Below are positions 56,857 to 64,000 of a stretch of DNA of 64,000 nt, one piece after another (positions within the stretch are counted from its first letter, which is position 1; each line of letters begins with the position of its first letter). The stretch is from positions 98,232 to 162,231 of the forward strand of contig MU626282.1 in the NCBI GenBank assembly GCA_025603075.1, in the 5' to 3' direction. The position numbers were made by a program, and so were the translations under genes. The notes under the pieces are model-generated. The model saw nothing but the letters and a program-made list of their open reading frames with translations, ran no database searches and had not been told where the DNA came from. The DNA is from Neoconidiobolus thromboides FSU 785 (taxonomy: Eukaryota > Fungi > Entomophthoromycota).

Positions 56857-56995
56857 TCCTATACTCAATGATCTAACTTTCAAATAGAACTACTAGAATA
56901 TGCAGTAGAATACAGAAATACTATTTGGTAGTTGATATATAAACCAATTAAAAAGAGCTATATTTTGAATTTTAAAAATCAAAAAAAGGTTATAA

Positions 56996-57096
56996 TATGG
57001 AGATGTATTCATGTGTTTAGAATTTTACTAACAATCTTTCCACCCAAATAGTGGTTAAAAGATGAAAAAGCAATGAAGCCAAAAAAATCATCGCTA
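56996..57096 (-). mobile_element. MITE-like hairpin element
   Basis: TATGGAGATGT left end with the conserved core. Confidence 0.8.
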
Positions 57097-57259
57097 TATT
57101 ATTTAGCATAGTATACGCTAAATATACATAGTTATGCCATAAAAAATAAAAGCGTGATGGCTTGAAAATTGTCTTGTTTAAATTAACTGTTTCAATTTTA
57201 CGACAATTTATTTTATTTTAAATACAAGATGAGCCTTGCAAAAAAATTTAGAATAAAAT

Positions 57260-58720
57260 TTAGTGAAAAGCACAGTTTTTTCCAGGAAGAGATAAAGAAT
57301 TAACTTCATAGATCATAGCCCCTAAAGTCCATCCAATTTCGACGCTATCAATTTCTTCATCAAAATAGATAGTACGATCTAATGATAGTCCGTACCCTTC
57401 CTTTACTATGTTAACAATATAAGCTGCCATAAAACAATAATCATTTATATTCTTATCGTCGCTTGTTTTACTATATACTTTTAGGTATTCTTCATGATTT
57501 AAATTACTACAGACAGAATCCGCATTTTTCAACAAACATTGTATATTGGATTTTCCTTTACATTTGAACCAATTCGCTACTCCATACATTGCAGAAACAG
57601 CTATCAATTTCATATCATCAGGAATATCCGGTTGATAAACCCCATTGATAGCACAAGACATAGTAGAACAAAAAGAATCTTTTAATAGCAATCTTTTAGT
57701 ATTTGAAATACATCGTTTAAAATCCCCACTACCTTCAAACTCAATATTATCTTTTGTTTTTCCTTTATAACCCTTAACAAAGCATGGGTCTTTGATTTTT
57801 TCACCATAGCCTTTGGACAAAGGATTAATCTCATTGACTTCATATCTTGATTTAGCTTCATTTCTACCGAATCGAAGATAAGAATGAGTATAAAGGATCC
57901 TTGAAGTGCCATTTAAACTGATTGGAAAAGAGTTTTCAATTGGTACTTGTGAAGCCTCAAAAGTGATTTGACATGAGGCGCCGCCCATATCAAGCATACC
58001 ATAACTAAGACCGGTTGCAGTATTATTATTATTATTTAAAACACCGGCCATATAGTTACCCGCCAGCCAGCCAAAGATTCCTTCATATTCCCCAGGGATC
58101 ACTTGAGCTCCGAATTTTAAATCAAATTTAAAACTGGAAGTTTTCAATACCTCTTTTACCTGTTCCATTATATCGTTTGATTGCTTTTTACTTAATAATC
58201 GCATACCAGCGGTTGCTTTTAAGAAGATTGGCGTTTTACTATGCTCCGATTTAGGTACGAACCGGGTTACATTACCAATGAAATCTTTTAAATAACTTTG
58301 AACTTGATTGGGATTAAGATCCGCTAATCCTCCTGATTTTTTAATACTATATTGTTTCCCTTGTTTTGGTCCAGAAGTGTGGAGACTTGGTCTTACATAT
58401 GGCGAGGCATAACAATTTCTTGGATTATTCCATTCATAAACAAAAAGTCGACTAAATTAATTATCAATAGTTGCTATTATGATTAATATTTAATCAGCTT
58501 ACGTTCCAGTCGACCCCGCATCCATAATTATACCATAATTCAAATATCTTTCCTTTTCATCTTTACCTCTTTTTACCCATTTATAGTTATTAGTCCTAGC
58601 CATTATATCTCTTATTCTATTCATCCTCATTGTTGATGCTAAGTATGATATTTTCTCATTAGAACTGATATCAGAAGAAGTAGTTGAAATTAAATTATTG
58701 TTATTATTAGAATAATACAT
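57260..58720 (-). CDS. GDA1/CD39-family NTPDase (apyrase), one intron
   Basis: All five apyrase-conserved regions: DAGSTGT, ATAGMRLL, GEYEGIFGWLAGNY, DMGGASCQI and GWTLGA. Start uncertain. Confidence 0.9.
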
Positions 58721-59063
58721 ATCAATTAGGTTATCAAAACAAAATGAAAAGTCAAAAGCTTTTAACTCACCTTTTATAATTAGTTTAATTTATTCTAATT
58801 TATTACATAATTTTTAATGTATTTATTTAACGATTACTGCTTTAAGATATTTTTAAATGTACTTTATATTAATAGAATTTTTCAGAGTTAAACTTGTTTA
58901 ACACTGATAAAGCCATTTTTATTATGGCCTATTTTCCACTTAAACTAATACTTTAGACACTAATAATATTATTATAATGCTTTTCAAAGCCTCGAAAAGC
59001 AAATAGTTTTTTTAGAAAAATGTTGTTGCACTCATTAACTATAAATTGTCAACATAATTAAAA

Positions 59064-59167
59064 TATGGGGCTATTTTTTTTGGTTTCATAACTTTTTCCA
59101 TTTTTTAAGTACTATTGAGCGGAAAAATTATTAATAAAATTATTAAGCAAAAAAATACATTTCGATA
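59064..59167 (+). mobile_element. MITE-like hairpin element
   Basis: TATGGGGCT...TACATTTCGATA with the conserved core. Confidence 0.78.
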
Positions 59168-59282
59168 TGTGTGATAGGTATAGATAAATTTAAGCTTGCT
59201 TGAAATTACAAGTAGTTCGTTCACTTTGGCCAAGGTTAAATTTTTTAAATTTTTATGACCAGTTTTAAGCTAAGAGAAGGTA

Positions 59283-59385
59283 TTCAGGAATGTATTTTTA
59301 TGCTTAATAATTTTATTAATAATTTTTCCGCTTAAATAGTATTTAAAAGATATAAAAAGTAATGGAGCCAAAAAAACATTCCATT
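59283..59385 (-). mobile_element. MITE-like hairpin element, inverted relative to the 59064 copy
   Basis: GGAATGTATTTTTTATGCTTAA...GGAGCCAAAAAAACATTCCA. Confidence 0.78.
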
Positions 59386-60443
59386 TTTTGATTTTTGATA
59401 TTTTTATATAACTTCTATATCATATGTTTAAATAACTATTTGAAGAAACAACAAAAGAACACTATATCGACCATAAAAACGTTTGAAGAATATTATTTAA
59501 CGCTATAAAGATATTTTGAAAAATTCCAGAATAGACTAAGCTGGTTTATTTAATAGCTCAATCTAGATATTAATATTTTTATCAATCTGTATCTATTATG
59601 ATTTAGATATGCTTTAACAAATAGCTAAAAGTTCTATTTATTGTATTATTAGAAATGTTCTTTTTTATATGAATTGAACAATTATAGAAAGCAAAAATTA
59701 CCTTCAAATACTATTTATTGGGAACAAAGCAATTCATCCTTTAAGAAATAGATTGAGGTACAGAATTAAGAGAAGAAAAGCAGAGGAAGTGATAAAAAGC
59801 CCTAATTATTTATGAAAGTTTTAACTCCAATATTAGCACTCATGTACAAAATTTTAATATCAAAAATGTCTAATTGATATGAGCATGCTCTTTGATTATG
59901 ATTTGTATCTGGTTACGCTTTACATTTGGGCACTCATATATTTACCCAGATATAGTTAAAGATGATCGGAATGCCTATCTATTCAAAGAAAACCTAAACT
60001 AGGATTGATATAAGCAATGAATTAAAACATCAGTTAATAATAGCAGAGGTTATCAATAAAACCAAATAAGTAGCACCACGAGGTCCTTGCTGGCTTTTTT
60101 CAAGCATACATATAATACATTAAGATGTTTTGATTATTATTTCATGAATAATAGCTTATCGATATAGAGAGTTAGAGATAGTATATTAATTCTATAATTT
60201 TAGGCCCGGATATTACAAGTCAAGAATAAGAGAGGATGCTAGAGTACAATTATAAGGGCGTATAAATTAAAGATGAGATGAAGGGATTCGATTGGGAATA
60301 TGTATGATGTGGGAGTTTGAATTTGTTTTTAGCTGAAGTAAGTTTGCACATTTTTGTTCCAATTTAATGTGCTTATTTGTTTGTGATAAAAACAATCTAG
60401 CTCAAACATCTATTCGTTTTCTAATAGTTCTACTTGAACAAGA

Positions 60444-60547
60444 TATGAGTATGTATTTTTTCGTTTAAGAATTTTATTAACAATCTTCCCACTCAAATAA
60501 CGCTTAAAAAAGGGAAAAGTAATAGAATCAAAAAAAACATCCCTATA
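60444..60547 (-). mobile_element. MITE-like hairpin element
   Basis: TATGAGTATGT...ACATCCCTATA, 104 bp. Confidence 0.8.
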
Positions 60548-61108
60548 TATTCAATCCGAGGCGGTAAAGAAAAACTTAAAAAGCATTGAAATAATCACAA
60601 GTGATATCAACACATATAAGTTGAATGAAGAGTACATTGAATTCAGTTGTACTATTAGCATTGTGATAGTAAACATTTAAAAAGTTATCATATGGTTTTG
60701 AGTAAGGTGGGGGACTTATTAAAAGATGAATAAAGCTTATTGTTTTGAGACTTCTTTTGCCACAAGTCAACTTCGTACCTTTTCTTGACGGAAGAGGGTG
60801 CCTTGTAGCTTGTGGATTGCATATTTAATAACGACAATATCTAAACGTAGGCGAATATTGTATTGTTTACAAGATGAATTTTTAAATTTTAAACTTAAAA
60901 GGTGAATCATTCAGAAACAAATAGAGACTACCAAAGGCAAAACCATAAATATTTCAATAAAATAATATATTAGTAGCTTTCGAAAACATAGTTTAGTATT
61001 AAAAAGGATCATAGGCTTATAATATATTTATAATAAAGAGGTCGTGTATAGCTTTAAAATGCAAATATTTAAGTATTAGTCCATTTTATTTAGCCAATTT
61101 TAAACAAT

Positions 61109-62150
61109 TTAAAGCTTGTCAGTTTTTACTGAAGCTTTTCCAAAATTTCTACCTTCTACCATATCAATAAAAGCAGTTGAAAGATCCTCAGTACCTTCAG
61201 TAATATGTTCTTTATATTTCATTTTATCTTCGCTTAAATACTTTATAAAAGTCTCAAATGATTTAGATAAAGATTCATTCTACCACTCACAATAAAACTT
61301 TGTATATAAGTTTCTTTGCCAATGAATTGTAATAAGTTGTGAATTATATCACTATCGTTGCTTTTATTGTATTATAAAATAACATCATATGGTGACATAC
61401 AGATTTATTATTTGGTACCTCTAAAATTACTTTAAGAGTTTTACCCTTCACATTACAAAGCAAATACCAACGTCATTTGTAAAATTTTGTCTAAATACTA
61501 GGGCTAAATCATCGTACTTCTTATACTTAAAAGCAGCATCAAAGTTCAGCTTCTTTATTAAATAGTTGATCTTATTATTATTACAACTTGATCCGAATAC
61601 CCTTAATTCTGATTGCTTACAGTGTTGCCCTATTAGTTGATCTACTGCTCCAGAAGCAGCACAAATAAAATTGGTATCTCTTTGTTTGATCGGCTCACAA
61701 ATAATATCCAAGTTAACGTAAGCATCAAGATTAGACATACCAGTGTTATCTAGGTAGTAAAAAAGTGATGTTTTTAACCTAAAGCCATCTGAAATTAAGT
61801 TAGTATGAGTTTTCTTGGACACATAATATCCATCCCAATCGCCAAATGTAATTACAATATCACTCTCATATATTTGAAACTTTATGGCCTTATTGCTTTC
61901 GATACTACATCGCCACTAATTGGCTCTCTGATATTATGTATTGTGGAGCAGCTTTTAACCTCGCTTCGTCTCAATCTTGAGCGCATATATGAATTCACTC
62001 ATTTGTAAAAATTATATACTAATAACTTCCCTTGATCTGACTTTTTACAACCAAGGCCAATGCCTTGTTCATTTATTTCAAAGTGCTTATCAGAATGTGG
62101 TAAACCAGATGAATGTGCTTTATAGAGTACTTTTACTTTTGTGTTGCGAT
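61109..62150 (-). pseudogene. decayed paralog of the PTGR/alkenal reductase at 63380
   Basis: High nucleotide similarity to 63380-64000. N-terminal remnants (SGLPHSDKHFEI, YMRSR, GDW-x-x-Y) with in-frame stops and frameshifts. Confidence 0.85.
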
Positions 62151-62256
62151 CTATAATAATAATTATATTCTTAAGTAAAACTGTAATTCTTTGTTTATTG
62201 TTTTTTAGAGTTTATTTTATTCTTTCATACATCTGTTATTATTTATAAGTAAAAAA

Positions 62257-62847
62257 TTAACTTCCTTCCTCTTCTTCTTCGATTGTGTCTTGATACCCTT
62301 GGTTAATTGACCCCCTCTCACTCTTTCTTATCGCTATCTTTACCCCCTGTTTAGCAAATGCTTTAGATAAGTTTGTAGAATCCGTCATCCCTGGGAATCT
62401 TTTAGGTGGGAACACGTCAAACATATTACTAAACAAAGATTGAGTAGCTGGTGTAGCTTCCACAGAATCATTGATACAAAATAAAGTAAACTTGAGCAAA
62501 AATTTACCCTCAGTACGTACTGATAAATCTAAAAATAAAAAAAAGATACCGTATTGATCATTTTCATCTAATAATAATTGTGGCGAAGCTACTAAACTAC
62601 CAACAAGGTTACGTACATTTTGTTGGTTATTGCCCTTGATATTACTACATTTAGTATCGGGATCAGAATACAAATCGCAATGTACAATAAAACTTTGTAA
62701 TTTATTGAATTCTTTCTTAACATTCGTCTCATCTGGTAAAATCAACTTAATAATTGGAGGTGGATCTATTGGCCTTCTATCTTTTTCACCAAATCCACAC
62801 ATGCGTGCACGTATTGGACCTTGGATCAATTCAATTTTATAAATCAT
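62257..62847 (-). CDS. velvet-domain transcription regulator, intronless
   Basis: QGPIRARMCGFGEKDRRPIDPPPIIKL, RNLVGSLVAS, GIFFLFLDLSVRTEG-x-F-x-LKF, F-x-V-x-x-PKRFPGM-x-x-ST-x-LSKAFAKQGVKI-x-IR: the full velvet signature. Confidence 0.93.
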   Translation of the reverse strand: MIYKIELIQGPIRARMCGFGEKDRRPIDPPPIIKLILPDETNVKKEFNKLQSFIVHCDLYSDPDTKCSNIKGNNQQNVRNLVGSLVASPQLLLDENDQYGIFFLFLDLSVRTEGKFLLKFTLFCINDSVEATPATQSLFSNMFDVFPPKRFPGMTDSTNLSKAFAKQGVKIAIRKSERGSINQGYQDTIEEEEEGS

Positions 62848-63197
62848 TGAAAGTTTTATTGTTTATTCTACATTTACCTGCCTTTATATACCTTTTTCGC
62901 ATGTTTTGTGAGGCTTAATACGTTTCAGTTTTATTGTGGCATTAATAATAGTTTAATGAATTAATGAATTAATGTGTGGTTGAAGTTAATTCATCAATTT
63001 TTAATAAAGTTATTGTAACTATTTTACTTTGTCTATATAGCCTTTTATCAACGACATATGTAAAAACGATGGTATATTGGTGTAATATTGATTGGTTTTA
63101 AATTAAATGTGACAGCTAAATCTAAAATTATCTAGCTTATTCATTTTTTATAACACTAAAAGTGATAAAGTGGAAATTGTTGATCTTTGTTTAATGT

Positions 63198-63258
63198 ATT
63201 AATAATTTTTCTGCTAAACAGAGCTTAAAAGGGAAAAAGCGATGAAGCCAAAAAATAC
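63198..63258 (-). mobile_element. MITE-like element, fragment
   Basis: GCTTAAAAGGGAAAAAGCGATGAAGCCAAAAAA. Confidence 0.62.
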
Positions 63259-63379
63259 TAAGAGTATTTTTTAATAAATCAACTTATTTTAAAAACTACA
63301 TAAGGAATAAGTTAAACAATAAATAAGAAAACTGTAAAGTCTCAAGTATATAATATTTTATTAAGCTATTTTGGTTGTT

Positions 63380-64000
63380 TTAAAGATCGGTAATTTTTAC
63401 TGAAGCTTTACCAAAATTTCTACCTTCTAACATATCAATAAAAGCAGTTGGCAGATTTTCAATACCTTCAGTAATATGTTCTTTGTATTTCATTTTACCT
63501 TCACTTAAATATTTCCCAAATATCTCAAATGCTTTTGGATAAAGATCCATTCTATCAACTACAATAAATCCTTCAAGACGTATTCTTTTACCAATAATTT
63601 GAAACAAGTTGTGTATTCCATCACTTTGTTTATCTTTATTATATTGTGAAATCATACCGCATACTGGAATACGACATTTATCATTAGCTACTTCTAATAC
63701 AGCTTCAAGTGTTTTACCACCTACATTTTCAAAATAGATGTCAATACCATTGGGACAATATTCTTTAAGGACTGGTACTAGATCATCATACTTTTTGTAG
63801 TTGAAAGCAGCATCAAACTTTAACTCATTTAATAAATACTCAACCTTATCATCACTACCAGTTGATCCAACTACTCTTAATCCTAATTGTTTACAATATT
63901 GTCCAACTACTTGACCTACAGCTCCAGATGCAGCTGAGATAAAGATAGTCTCTCCTTGTTTAACAGGTTCACAGATAGTATGCACTCCAACATAAGCAGT
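63380..64000 (-). CDS. NADP-dependent alkenal/prostaglandin reductase-like MDR oxidoreductase (5' truncated by window)
   Basis: TAYVG, GETIFISAASGAVGQVVGQ, GIDIYFENVGG, RIPVCGMISQYN, AFIDMLEGRNFGK. Confidence 0.93.
   Translation of the reverse strand, partial: TAYVGVHTICEPVKQGETIFISAASGAVGQVVGQYCKQLGLRVVGSTGSDDKVEYLLNELKFDAAFNYKKYDDLVPVLKEYCPNGIDIYFENVGGKTLEAVLEVANDKCRIPVCGMISQYNKDKQSDGIHNLFQIIGKRIRLEGFIVVDRMDLYPKAFEIFGKYLSEGKMKYKEHITEGIENLPTAFIDMLEGRNFGKASVKITDL

Overview
Very AT-rich, intron-dense eukaryotic DNA with typical introns of about 45-60 nt (GT..AG). The gene set points to an early-diverging (non-Dikarya) fungus: a velvet-domain protein, Ste50, Hog1, a GH18 chitinase, and propionyl-CoA carboxylase alpha. 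An Entomophthoromycotina/Conidiobolus-like source is my inference only. I could reconstruct about 29 protein-coding genes, mostly housekeeping and signalling: Rad60/Esc2-like, YAF9, a CHZ-motif protein, RPS22, quinone reductase, DUS2, MDH, HOG1, Mpv17, PCCA, eIF4A-III, ubiquilin-like, STE50, Rab7, RpiB, chitinase, Sec4, RQC1, RNase T2, an apyrase, velvet and a PTGR-like reductase. There are also two tRNA-Leu genes and two clear pseudogenes. Non-obvious highlights: (1) a ~104-bp element in at least 23 intergenic copies, with terminal inverted repeats and TA flanks, that folds over its whole length into one bulged hairpin (MITE-like, no transposase in the window); (2) CG/TG/CA/TA four-state decay at its CpG sites, suggesting repeat methylation; (3) an H/ACA snoRNA inside the unusually long RPS22 intron whose first pocket matches the SSU rRNA pseudouridine site guided by yeast snR44; (4) a truncated SAM-only STE50 paralog in the same window as full STE50 and HOG1; (5) an intron-bearing RpiB-family gene head-to-head with a signal-less chitinase. 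Exon boundaries were derived by eye and may be off by a few bases.
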